64,000 nt of DNA from Segetibacter sp. (GCA_043733905.1 JAYTGA010000299.1:85-64084), one strand, 5' to 3'. Shown: positions 28,797 through 37,837, numbered from the stretch's first letter. Notes: generated by a model from the sequence alone, not told the origin. A program made the numbers and translations.

Positions 28797-28997
28797 ATGT
28801 CGCCAAAGAAAAAGGTAAACCGGCAGCGTTCTGCAAAAATCTGGCTACAAACATTTGAGATTGCAGAGAAAGGAAGTTTGACTGATCGCGATGTAAACCA
28901 AGCACTAAAATTGATAAAAAATAATCAGCAAATTTTAATGGTTGCCTTTAACAAGGTTAAAGCAGGACAAAAAATAACCACCATAAAATTGAAATAG
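28797..28997 (+). CDS. Small basic hypothetical protein, probable TA partner of DUF2442
   Basis: 66 aa from ATG 28797; ends 2 nt before the DUF2442 gene. Confidence 0.55.
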   Translation: MSPKKKVNRQRSAKIWLQTFEIAEKGSLTDRDVNQALKLIKNNQQILMVAFNKVKAGQKITTIKLK

Positions 28998-28999
28998 TC

Positions 29000-29260
29000 A
29001 TGGCAGATTTATTGAAAAACAAAACAATGAGTATTGAAAAAATCCTTTTTGACACTCCTGGAAAAATAACGATAAAGTTAGAAGATGGAAGAATGTTTAT
29101 CAGCCCGCTTAAATATTTCCCGGAACTAAAAAAATTAAAAATGGATGAGCGTAAGAAATACACGATTGTGGACGATAGAACAATTTTATTTTCATTTTCC
29201 AACTCCATTTACCATTTGGAGGATTTTGTGGGCTTGGAAAGCAAATGGAGAGAGCGGTAG
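29000..29260 (+). CDS. DUF2442 domain protein
   Basis: I.IKLEDGR.F..PL.YFPEL...ER.KY.I pattern of DUF2442. Confidence 0.75.
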   Translation: MADLLKNKTMSIEKILFDTPGKITIKLEDGRMFISPLKYFPELKKLKMDERKKYTIVDDRTILFSFSNSIYHLEDFVGLESKWRER

Positions 29261-29275
29261 TACCGTATAAATTTT

Positions 29276-29375
29276 CCCCTGCTGATTTTGGTGTTATGGT
29301 CTGTTTTAAGTTTTAGCGAAGCGAATTAAATCTAAAAGGAAAAACAACGTTTGCGATGGGTAAAATCGAATAAGC
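29276..29375 (+). repeat. Cassette-boundary repeat copy 4 (degenerate)
   Basis: CCCCTGCTG...TTTTAAGTTTTAGCGAAGCGAATTAAATCTAAAAG...TTGCGATGGGTAAAATCGAA. Confidence 0.6.
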
Positions 29376-29422
29376 CTGAATGAAAAATGAACGATGTTTT
29401 GGGCTATCAAAAAACAAATCAA

Positions 29423-29656
29423 ATGAAAACCACTCAAAATTTTACGGCAATTATTGAAAAAGAAGACGAAAGCTATGTGGCCTTATGTCCCGAATTGGAT
29501 ATTGCAAGCCAGGGAGAAACAATAGAAGAAGCCAAGCGCAACCTCCACGAAGCTATTGAGCTTTTCTTTGAGTTTGCTTCTAAAGACGAGATAACCCATA
29601 GACTAAAAAGCAAGATTTTCATTACAAACATGCAGGTAGCAGTGGAGTATGCTTAG
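29423..29656 (+). CDS. hicB: HicB family antitoxin
   Basis: FTAIIEKEDESYVALCPELDIASQGETIEEAKRNLHEAIELF. Confidence 0.9.
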   Translation: MKTTQNFTAIIEKEDESYVALCPELDIASQGETIEEAKRNLHEAIELFFEFASKDEITHRLKSKIFITNMQVAVEYA

Positions 29657-29864
29657 AATTCTGTCGGGCAAAGAGGTTTGTAAAATCCTTGCCAATCATG
29701 GATTTGCAGAGGTTCGTCAGAAAGGAAGCCATATTATCATGCAAAAAAGGACGGGCAACACGACGATAACAGTACCTGTACCAAATCATCTGAAATTAAA
29801 ATTGGTACCCTGCTTCCATCAAACGCCAATCGGATATCTTAAAAGACTTTTTGAAACGAAATAA
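29649..29864 (+). pseudogene. hicA: HicA toxin, frameshifted
   Basis: LSGKEVCKIL..HGF.EVRQKGSHIIM...VPVPNH. Adding one base near 29790 and one near 29815 restores EIKIGTLL-SIKRQS, the HicA C-terminal pattern. Confidence 0.8.
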
Positions 29865-29865
29865 A

Positions 29866-29988
29866 ATGAACGAACATATTTTGTCGGAAGATGACAAGGA
29901 AGATATAGTTTTAGGCCGGCTAATGGAAGAAACCGATACCAATGAAAGAATTGATACCAGTGCTTTTCTTAAAAAACTAAGGAGTTAA
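29866..29988 (+). CDS. Small acidic putative antitoxin (40 aa), missed by the ORF track
   Basis: MNEHILSEDDKEDIVLGRLMEETDTNERIDTSAFLKKLRS*, with a TAATG overlap into the RelE-like gene. Confidence 0.6.
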   Translation: MNEHILSEDDKEDIVLGRLMEETDTNERIDTSAFLKKLRS

Positions 29989-30254
29989 TGCAGGTTATTG
30001 TCATAAAACAGTTTGAAAAAGATATGCATAAAGAACTGAATAAATAATTGCAAATTAAGTTGGCTGAAATTGTAGAAAGCCTGCAAAGTGTTACTTCTTT
30101 ACAAGATTTCCCAAGTTTGAAAAAGCTAAAAGGCTATAGAAACTATTACAGTATCAAGCTCAATGATTATCGCATTGGTTTTGCTCTTGAATCAAACGAG
30201 ATAATTCTGAACAGAGTAATGCACCGTAAAGAAATTTACCGATATTTTCCTTAG
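29988..30254 (+). pseudogene. RelE/ParE family toxin with nonsense codon
   Basis: MQVIVIKQFEKDM...K*LQIKL...LKKLKGYRNYYSIKLNDYRIG...HRKEIYRYFP; in-frame TAA at 30045-30047. Confidence 0.8.
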
Positions 30255-30264
30255 TTGTGCTATT

Positions 30265-30334
30265 CCTCCGCTGGTTTCAGTCTTGCGAGCGGACTGAAAT
30301 CTGAAATGTGTAGGTCTGCGACCGGTAAAAATTT
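30265..30334 (+). repeat. Cassette-boundary repeat copy 5 (short form, no internal palindrome)
   Basis: CCTCCGCTGGTTTCAGTCTTGCGAGCGGACTGAAATCTGAAATGTGTAGGTCTGCGACCGGTAAAAATTT. Confidence 0.85.
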
Positions 30335-30616
30335 AAGTAAAATAATAGACTAAGCAAATAGGTTGACTTATACCTAAGTTATATTCAACTTATACTGTAT
30401 TTATAATGAATCTATTATATATCTACCGTATTGTAACCCTATAGATGCCTTATGTGTAGTGTAGTCAATACTCATGGTTATTTTTGAAAACAAGTTGTAA
30501 GCAGTAACAATGAGCAGCTTATTAGTACTGCAAATGTCTCCCCTGCTGTTTTCTTTGTTTTGGCACTGCTTTACGTTTTAACCAAACAAACCCAAATTAG
30601 CCATTTCTAAAAATTA

Positions 30617-30645
30617 AAAAGGCCGCCTTTTCAGGACAGCCTTTT
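30617..30645 (-). terminator. Intrinsic terminator after the 1027-aa T9SS gene
   Basis: Minus strand GGCUGUCCU-GAAA-AGGCGGCC followed by a U tract. Confidence 0.65.
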
Positions 30646-30666
30646 CAATTTTGTAATCAGTAAAAA

Positions 30667-33600
30667 CTATTTGGCCACGACAAACTTTTGTGTGGTCGTT
30701 TTGCCATTGTTATCAATGACCATGACATAGGCACCGTTGGGCAAAGTGCTTACATCCATTGAGTATTTGGCGGAAGCTTTTATGCCGGAAGTAAATTGTT
30801 TACTTACCAGTTTGCGACCCTGCATGTCCTGAATGTTTACCTGCACGGGGCTGTTGTTTTGCGTAGCATACTCCAATGTAATTGTTGAACCGCTTACAGG
30901 GTTTGGCATGATGCGGACATTCAATTCATTTTCTTTGAGTTGATTTGAAGTCACAGCTACTTCACGTTTAAGTTCGCTTGATGGGCCTTTTTCAGTTTCC
31001 ACGATCACCTTGTTTCCTTTGCAGGAAGGACACATGGAAATAGTTTTGACAACTGTATCACTCTTGGTGATGCCGCAGTTGTTGGTACTGCTCAGTATGT
31101 GGCGGAAACGATAGCGCTGCCCTACGGCAAAAGATGCAGGTGTGGGTGTATTTGTTTCGGTAATAGGACCAGCCGTTCCGTTGTAGCCACCAAATTGTGT
31201 TGTGCTTGCAATTGCCCAAACACTGCCTGAAGTGCCGCTCGGAATGCTTGTGTAAATGGTGCCTGCAATATCAGGATAAGAAGGGCCAACCAAAGATGTG
31301 CGGCTGACAATCCATTGTGAATTGGGTGAGGTGCTAAAACTGTTTGCAAGTATCTGGAAGTATGCAGGGTTGCCGGTTGGCAGATAGCCAAGGAGGGCAA
31401 AGTCTGCATTCAATTTGGCAGTGTCGCTTTCGCAAGGGTTTGTACATTGTGTGCCGCCATTGGTGCCGGTGCAATTTATAGGGAAGTAGTTCACCGAATC
31501 TTTCATCCGGATGTCAACATTGATTACGACATCTGCCACGTCAAACTTGATGTCTTTTACTTCAACTTTTTGAACGGCTGCGCATGTTGTGTCCATTGTT
31601 CCGTCAAACAAAGGCAATTTAACGATTACTCCCTCTTTCAACAATGTTGAAGGATTTATTTTGTAGCCTACAGCAAAAATATTGCTGCCTTCCACAACAA
31701 ATGCCGCGTTGTGAGTAGTACCGTTTACCCATACATTTCTTACACGTCTGCTCCATACTGCATTACCTGATTTGTCGGTACGCAACAGAAACATTTCACC
31801 CAAAGCTCCATTATCTATCGTGGATCGGGAAACGTTGTCAAACCAGTTGCCCTCGGCCACATAGCCAGTCGGATCGGAAGCGACTTTGTTGAAAAATTTA
31901 CGGGTTGTTGTCGTTGCAGGGGCAGGTGTTAGCGTATATTCCCTCTGCCAGTTGGGCACTAAAGTTCCAGCATTGAATGAGGCGATGCCTGTGTTGATAC
32001 CAATATCAGAAGTTGCCGACCAGTCTCCGTGCCATGCATACAAAATATCTTTTTGGTCATTGATAAGGCTGCTGCTATACAACCTTCCTTTAACAGATTC
32101 ATCCTGGATGTATCTCCTGCCTCTCACAAAATCAAGATTCTTATCGTGCATATTATTCCATGGCCTCATGGTTGTTGTGCCTACATGACTAAGCCTTCCT
32201 GTTGCTATCAAATTGCTGTTGCTATCAACATTGCCAGGAGCAAAAACCAATGCATCGTAGCCGTCTTCACCTGCGTGTTGGCTTTTAATGGAAATGATAT
32301 TGCCGGTATTTCTATCCACCTTCAACAACAATACATCTGCCGATGATTGTGTAGTAGATCTGCGTACTGTACCGCTTATATAATACTGTCCACTTGCTTT
32401 ATTATCTTTTACGTCCAGAAAATAAGCTTGGTTGCTACCAGTAATCAACAGGTTTTGATAAGTGCGGTGAAGCAATATGCTCAATGCCGGGCTTAGTTTC
32501 ATTACAAATGAGCGAACCGGCGTGGTTGCTGTGGCTGCCAAATCCATTGAACCTACAATGACAATGTTGCCATCATCGTCTGTTATCATGCTGCGCAGGC
32601 TATATGTTTTGCTGCTGACTCCAACTAATTTTTGCTGAAGCACAACGCCGAGTGCATCCACTTCTGCTACATAAACAGAGCTGTCCTGCACACCAGCCAC
32701 ATAGAATGTAGCAGCAGTCTTTTTAGACCTGGTGATGGAATTGAAAATAAGGTTGCCTGCCCGGCTGGTGTCGTTGCTGCAAGGGCTGGCCGCACCATAA
32801 GTGTTCACAAACCGTTGTTCAGCAGGTGAGCAGGTGAGGTTTAAAATGATCTTGCAGGAATCGCAAATGTTGTTTCCTTTTCCATAATAATAAGTAATCG
32901 TGTACATGCCGGGAGTAGCACCTGCGGGTATAGCAAGTGTGGTACTGGCTGATGACGATGCGATGAAAGAAGCGGCCCAGGCGGGTGTGTTGTTAAAGTT
33001 GTCTTTAAGCGTAGTGCCTTTGAAGGTGGTGGTGCCGCAGCTTGTAGTGGACTGGCAAGCTATGCGCCGGTTGAAGGTGTAATCGGCATTGCACTTAACA
33101 TTATAGGTGCTTCCACAGGCATAATTTTTTGGGCTTATTTGCGGCACATTTACAAGAACTGTACAGCTTTTGTCGCAGCAGTTTGGCTCGCCGTAATTGA
33201 TGTAGCCTGAAAGCATAAAGGCGCCTAGTACATCATAGTAAAAAACCTTTACCCTTATGCGCCAGGTGCCGGCAGCAGGGCAAGATATTTTGTACACAAT
33301 CGGTGATTGCAAAAAACGGCTGTGAGGTGGTCTCGGCAATACTGTGATCACGCCGCTTGGAGAAACCAACTCCACTGATTGAAGTGTGTCATCAATAGCT
33401 ACGCTGAAGTTGGTAACAAAACTGTCCGTGCAAGGGGCAATTGTAAATGGCCTCTCAAAAGTGTAAGTACCCGTATCGTTCACGAACCGTTGAGGAACGG
33501 GGTTTAGCCAACCTGCATTAGTACCTGTCACGGGGCTTGGCTCCCAATAAGGCAGATAAGCACTAACAACAAATGGTGTGTTGCTGGCAACGTTTCCATT

Positions 33601-33750
33601 GGCTGCTGAAACCTTCCAAAAAGGATCGGGTGTGGGATTGCTTAACGCCCCTCCTGAACTACTGGTTGCTGTACTCACATTGATAGTTCCGGCAATGCTG
33701 TAGAGTGCCATGAAGCACAGCATGATGGTGAGATAAAAAATCTTTTTCAT
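30667..33750 (-). CDS. Large T9SS-secreted protein (Cys-rich beta-sandwich modules, beta-propeller, type A CTD)
   Basis: Signal peptide; C-terminal I.PNPV...DMQGRKL...LPNGAYVM...TQKFVVAK T9SS sorting domain. Confidence 0.8.
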   Translation of the reverse strand: MKKIFYLTIMLCFMALYSIAGTINVSTATSSSGGALSNPTPDPFWKVSAANGNVASNTPFVVSAYLPYWEPSPVTGTNAGWLNPVPQRFVNDTGTYTFERPFTIAPCTDSFVTNFSVAIDDTLQSVELVSPSGVITVLPRPPHSRFLQSPIVYKISCPAAGTWRIRVKVFYYDVLGAFMLSGYINYGEPNCCDKSCTVLVNVPQISPKNYACGSTYNVKCNADYTFNRRIACQSTTSCGTTTFKGTTLKDNFNNTPAWAASFIASSSASTTLAIPAGATPGMYTITYYYGKGNNICDSCKIILNLTCSPAEQRFVNTYGAASPCSNDTSRAGNLIFNSITRSKKTAATFYVAGVQDSSVYVAEVDALGVVLQQKLVGVSSKTYSLRSMITDDDGNIVIVGSMDLAATATTPVRSFVMKLSPALSILLHRTYQNLLITGSNQAYFLDVKDNKASGQYYISGTVRRSTTQSSADVLLLKVDRNTGNIISIKSQHAGEDGYDALVFAPGNVDSNSNLIATGRLSHVGTTTMRPWNNMHDKNLDFVRGRRYIQDESVKGRLYSSSLINDQKDILYAWHGDWSATSDIGINTGIASFNAGTLVPNWQREYTLTPAPATTTTRKFFNKVASDPTGYVAEGNWFDNVSRSTIDNGALGEMFLLRTDKSGNAVWSRRVRNVWVNGTTHNAAFVVEGSNIFAVGYKINPSTLLKEGVIVKLPLFDGTMDTTCAAVQKVEVKDIKFDVADVVINVDIRMKDSVNYFPINCTGTNGGTQCTNPCESDTAKLNADFALLGYLPTGNPAYFQILANSFSTSPNSQWIVSRTSLVGPSYPDIAGTIYTSIPSGTSGSVWAIASTTQFGGYNGTAGPITETNTPTPASFAVGQRYRFRHILSSTNNCGITKSDTVVKTISMCPSCKGNKVIVETEKGPSSELKREVAVTSNQLKENELNVRIMPNPVSGSTITLEYATQNNSPVQVNIQDMQGRKLVSKQFTSGIKASAKYSMDVSTLPNGAYVMVIDNNGKTTTQKFVVAK

Positions 33751-33770
33751 AAAAAATAGTTTTTTGATTG

Positions 33771-33802
33771 TGCCTACTCTATGCAGTTTTCGGCATCGCT
33801 GG
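33771..33802 (-). promoter_or_regulatory. Conserved 32-nt 5'-leader element, copy A
   Basis: CCAGCGATGCCGAAAACTGCATAGAGTAGGCA, 20 nt before ATG 33750; identical to 37654-37685. Confidence 0.6.
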
Positions 33803-33914
33803 GTTTTTTTAGGAAATGCAGGACTTTAAATGGTGTTGTATTTTAGATAAACTTTACACTGCAAGAAGGGTAAATAGCAGGACTGCAGCCATTGCGTAAA
33901 TCACTAAAAGAAGG

Positions 33915-33948
33915 AAATAAACAACGGTTGTTTTTCCGTTGTTTATTT
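33915..33948. promoter_or_regulatory. 13-bp perfect inverted repeat (terminator and/or ACGG-N8-CCGT operator)
   Basis: AAATAAACAACGG-TTGTTTTT-CCGTTGTTTATTT. Confidence 0.6.
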
Positions 33949-33981
33949 AAATATGCAAAGGGTTTTTAATTAGCTGCTGTC

Positions 33982-35616
33982 TTACTGTTTCATCACTTTA
34001 CCTGCCATTTTACCATCTGCACGCAACAGATAAATGCCCGAAGGATATGCTCCCAAATCTATTTCGGCAGAGGTCGTTTTTACTTCACGAATAGTTTGCA
34101 GCAGCAAGCCATTGGCGTTGTAAACCTGTAGCAGTTTAATAGGGCTTTGGTGTTGCACAGTTATCCTGCCTTTGGTTGGATTGGGATATACCTTGATGGC
34201 ATCATCCAGTTTCGCCAGGTCTTGATGGCCGTTGCCCAAAAGCGATTGTGCAGCTCTTGTGATTGAGTGCGATTGCCTTGACGGAATGCCTGAGCCACAT
34301 CCATCCAATGCCTGCGCTATGAACAATGCTCCAGGTTGTGTTTCAAAACCGGGATTTAATTCTACATAACCATTTACCGGATCGGCATCCAGCTTAACTA
34401 TAGCGGTGGCCGGGATAATGGTGACTGCATTGCTTTTAATCCACGTTTGCGATTCCGTGAGTGGGGTGGTGTATGTGCCTGTGATGGTTACATTAATTGG
34501 GCATGGAGGTGTACAGGAAAAGGTCTGGCTATAAGTTTCGCCGTCTAACTGGCTTGGCAATGAGTAATAGTTAATAGTCAGATAGGCAGCCTTGCTGATA
34601 ACGGGCATGGTAACAAAGACAGTTGCAATTGATACCGGATCTATGCCCATCAACTTTGTAGCTGAGGCGGCATAAATTTTTCCATCCAGCGACATTTCCA
34701 ACTGGCTTTTTGCAAACAAAGAATCAACAATGACCTGGTTGGAAACACTGGTTGATAAATCGGCTTTGTAAATGCCCCCGGCGGAACCAATGCCTGCTGA
34801 TACCAGTACCTGTGTGTTGTTGAAAAATTCAAGACCTGATGATTGATCAGCACCCAAAGAAACGGGAAACTGGAAGAAGCTTACAAAGTCTCCACTTGCA
34901 TCCAGGTTCATGTACCTGATTCCATTATTTGTGTTGGCATCGGACCAGGCCGCCTTATCGCCGCTTGGCGACACTTCCAGATCAGTAGGGCGACTGTCGT
35001 AGCCCGTTGTGTAACTGAGTGGCAGGCTGATGCCTGTTGGGCTAATGACGTACTTAAAAATACTTTTGTCGCCTGCCACATACAAGTAGCGGTTGCCGCT
35101 GCTCAATGGTTTGGAAACAGCCATGCTGACATACAAATTGCACTGGCTAACGCTGTTGACAAAAGCACTGGAAGAGTAATTGTGCACTATTGTTAAGCTG
35201 CTGCCGGATATTACAACACGGGTGCATCTTACATAGGTGACATGATAACAAGATGTAGAACCACCCACTATTATATCGCCCCCTGTATGGAATATGAGCC
35301 TTGCATTACAGTTGCCCGGGTCGGGTACAATGATGATCTTTTTCCCATTGTAGCCAAGTGACGGTGTCAGGCTTCCTGTGAAGGTGCCGGCGGCGTTGTA
35401 AATGCTGCCGTCCACTACATAAAACGCTATGTTGCCACTGTTGTCATAGGCGCAGTTGGCTGCATAGTATGGTGTTGTGCTGTATGTGCCGGGCAGTGGC
35501 GTGACCGTGTTGGCAGGTGTAGCAAGGTTATTGGGTACCACTGTCCAATCCGGGCTTTGCGCCTGTGCCATCGCAAACTGCAACAGTATTGCGATCAGTA
35601 AATAAATTGGTTTCAT
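33982..35616 (-). CDS. T9SS-secreted beta-propeller protein with 3-coathanger-like domain and type A CTD
   Basis: Signal peptide from ATG 35616; VELNPGFETQPGALFIA; C-terminal VYPNPTKG...YPSGIYLL. Confidence 0.8.
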   Translation of the reverse strand: MKPIYLLIAILLQFAMAQAQSPDWTVVPNNLATPANTVTPLPGTYSTTPYYAANCAYDNSGNIAFYVVDGSIYNAAGTFTGSLTPSLGYNGKKIIIVPDPGNCNARLIFHTGGDIIVGGSTSCYHVTYVRCTRVVISGSSLTIVHNYSSSAFVNSVSQCNLYVSMAVSKPLSSGNRYLYVAGDKSIFKYVISPTGISLPLSYTTGYDSRPTDLEVSPSGDKAAWSDANTNNGIRYMNLDASGDFVSFFQFPVSLGADQSSGLEFFNNTQVLVSAGIGSAGGIYKADLSTSVSNQVIVDSLFAKSQLEMSLDGKIYAASATKLMGIDPVSIATVFVTMPVISKAAYLTINYYSLPSQLDGETYSQTFSCTPPCPINVTITGTYTTPLTESQTWIKSNAVTIIPATAIVKLDADPVNGYVELNPGFETQPGALFIAQALDGCGSGIPSRQSHSITRAAQSLLGNGHQDLAKLDDAIKVYPNPTKGRITVQHQSPIKLLQVYNANGLLLQTIREVKTTSAEIDLGAYPSGIYLLRADGKMAGKVMKQ

Positions 35617-35620
35617 GGTT

Positions 35621-37633
35621 TTAGTTTTTAGAAGGTGAAACAATAGATGACTTCAATCCTGCATTTTCATTTTTCAAAGCCGTGATTTCTTTCTTCATCT
35701 CTATCATGTAAAGTGTCAGCTCTTCTATCTTTTCCATTTGTTTGGCAAACATCTGGCTCACATCTATGCCGCCATCTTTCACCAATTCGCTGGCAGACTG
35801 CACGCCTGGCAGGTGCTTGTTGGCTTTGGTAAATGCTTCTACTTCATCCAGGCTTTTCAGTTTATATTCAGGTGCAAAAACGTAGTCGGCCCAGTTGGTG
35901 CTATTGTATACTGCCACTTTTACTTTAGTCGTAATAATGCCGCCGCCACCTACATACAATTTATAGTTGCCTGCAAACGCTGTTGGAGAATAATTTGGGT
36001 CTGAGCTTTCATCAGTAACTCCCATACCTACTTTGCCATCGTTTCTTATAAAAATATTATAATTTCCTGCGGTTCCTCCTGGGGATGGTGTCCAGAAATT
36101 GAGACCTCCCACAGTTGGTGCGCTTGTATATTCAATAGCCCAGCGTCCATTAGGGTTGGTGGTCAGGTTGTCACTGAATAACAACTGCGGGCCGCCAAAA
36201 CCTGCTACAGCACCAGATAACATGAGTGCGCCATTGTCTATATGCACTTTGTGAAGAGGATTAGTAGTACCGATGCCTACATTTCCATTGTCATAAATGC
36301 TGCCACAACCAAGGTTACCACTCGCATCAATCACCTTTGGAACCTGGTTGATGCTGATGCAAGAATTGGTAATGCCAGCACTTGGCAGAGAAGCAATGTT
36401 TCGTGTATGCAACACACCTGTTGCATCTACAGTTACCAGGTTGTTGTCTGTAGCAGCGTTGAGTGTTTCAATGCGGACAGGATCCACATTTGCACCATTT
36501 ACAATGTTGGACTTTATGTGAAACAAATGTGTTGGTTGTGTGCTAATAGTGGGATTGGCAGTGTTGATGCCTACGAAGCCATTTTGGTTAATGCGCATTC
36601 TTTCTACATTGGTTGTCCAGTCCCAAAATAATAGATGACCCGGACCTTGCACATTGCCGGTTCCGGAGGAGTGGAATGCCCACCTTTTGCCACTTGCACT
36701 TCCTCCTGTTAAAGATAGTGTAGCAGCAGTCGTTCCCGTTTGCGTTACCCTGATACCATCGTTGGAACTTGGTGTGTTGATGTCCAACTTGAGTTGTGGC
36801 AAGGTGGTCAGGGAATTGTTGTCACCAATGCCTACGTTACCATTCGATCCTTTTACAAAAAAACGATAAAGGCTGGTAGTGTTGTCATAAAAAAACAAGT
36901 GCCCCGGACCAGGACCGTTTAACAAGCCCGATGATTGCAATGACCAGTCGTGACCACCGGATGAAGCTGCTTTGAGGCGCAGCATAGCAGAATAGTTGCC
37001 CGTGTTTGTAATTCTGAGACCGTCATTGGTGCCGCTACCCGGTGTTGTAATATCCATTTTATAAACCGGGTTTGTCATGCCAAAACCCAATTTCGCATTG
37101 CCAAAGGCGGTGGTGGTAGGAGTAATTGTCATTAGGGGTGTGGAGTAGTTGTTCCATTGAAACAATGGCCTGTTAACGATTGCTGTAGCCGGTACGGTCG
37201 GCGTTTCCTGGGAACTTCTGGACACATAATCTCTCATAACTGAAAATAACATGGCAGGCGAGGTGTTGACTACATCATTAGCTGTCGTAATATTCGCTCC
37301 CATGTGAATTGCAGAAGTAGCTGCATCTGTAGTGACTGAACCGAAGAGCCAGGGAGCAAATGTTCCACCCGCACTACCCTTATTATTCATCAATCGAAAG
37401 TAATCTCCGGGTGCTTTGGCTGTTTCACAAAAAAGCAAGGATTGGCCATTGTGTGAAATAAAATTTAGGTTGTCGTCTGCCTTAATGTGCAAGGCGGCAT
37501 CGGAAAAGTTGGGGCCAACCGGCACACCAATGCCGAAACCGTTGGGATAGCTATTTAAGATGCTGGGTGCCTGTGCCATTGTCACCTGTGCAGTCAGCAG
37601 TGCTGCTGCAAAAAATAAAAATACCCTTTTCAT
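35621..37633 (-). CDS. Secreted tail-fibre-like beta-repeat protein with C-terminal coiled coil
   Basis: Signal peptide from ATG 37633; repeated GNVGIG/GFVGIN motifs; WADYVF...HLPG...KIEELTLYMIE chaperone-like end. Confidence 0.8.
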   Translation of the reverse strand: MKRVFLFFAAALLTAQVTMAQAPSILNSYPNGFGIGVPVGPNFSDAALHIKADDNLNFISHNGQSLLFCETAKAPGDYFRLMNNKGSAGGTFAPWLFGSVTTDAATSAIHMGANITTANDVVNTSPAMLFSVMRDYVSRSSQETPTVPATAIVNRPLFQWNNYSTPLMTITPTTTAFGNAKLGFGMTNPVYKMDITTPGSGTNDGLRITNTGNYSAMLRLKAASSGGHDWSLQSSGLLNGPGPGHLFFYDNTTSLYRFFVKGSNGNVGIGDNNSLTTLPQLKLDINTPSSNDGIRVTQTGTTAATLSLTGGSASGKRWAFHSSGTGNVQGPGHLLFWDWTTNVERMRINQNGFVGINTANPTISTQPTHLFHIKSNIVNGANVDPVRIETLNAATDNNLVTVDATGVLHTRNIASLPSAGITNSCISINQVPKVIDASGNLGCGSIYDNGNVGIGTTNPLHKVHIDNGALMLSGAVAGFGGPQLLFSDNLTTNPNGRWAIEYTSAPTVGGLNFWTPSPGGTAGNYNIFIRNDGKVGMGVTDESSDPNYSPTAFAGNYKLYVGGGGIITTKVKVAVYNSTNWADYVFAPEYKLKSLDEVEAFTKANKHLPGVQSASELVKDGGIDVSQMFAKQMEKIEELTLYMIEMKKEITALKNENAGLKSSIVSPSKN

Positions 37634-37653
37634 AAAAATAATTTTTTGTGGTT

Positions 37654-37685
37654 TGCCTACTCTATGCAGTTTTCGGCATCGCTGG
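37654..37685 (-). promoter_or_regulatory. Conserved 32-nt 5'-leader element, copy B
   Basis: Identical to 33771-33802; 20 nt before ATG 37633. Confidence 0.6.
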
Positions 37686-37819
37686 ATTTTTTGATAGGAC
37701 ATGTTGGACTTTAAAATGGTGTTGTGTTTACATAAATTCAACAGTGCAAAAATGGAAAACAGCCGTGCTGTAAACAATGTGTGAATGACTAAAACCTTTT
37801 GATAAAAGACGGAATTTGC

Positions 37820-37837
37820 TTACCGTCATTTAACGGG
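37820..37837. promoter_or_regulatory. Candidate response-regulator box TTACCGTCATTTAACGGG
   Basis: Exact 18-mer repeated at 42611-42628; CCGT-N6-ACGG dyad. Confidence 0.5.

Noticed and set aside
27406-30334. Canonical integron attC array or CRISPR array
   Set aside because: No RYYYAAC/GTTRRRY termini and no intI in the window. Intervals are 110-900 bp and contain genes rather than uniform spacers, and there are no cas genes.
30340-30600. dif site, att site or sRNA at the right end of the defence island
   Set aside because: Only an imperfect GTTGA...TTCAAC dyad in AT-rich DNA; no XerCD consensus and no matching direct repeat found at the left island end.
35621-37633. Prophage, inferred from the tail-fibre-like gene
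   Set aside because: The protein has a Sec signal peptide, there are no other phage genes, and such proteins are common next to T9SS cargo in Bacteroidota.
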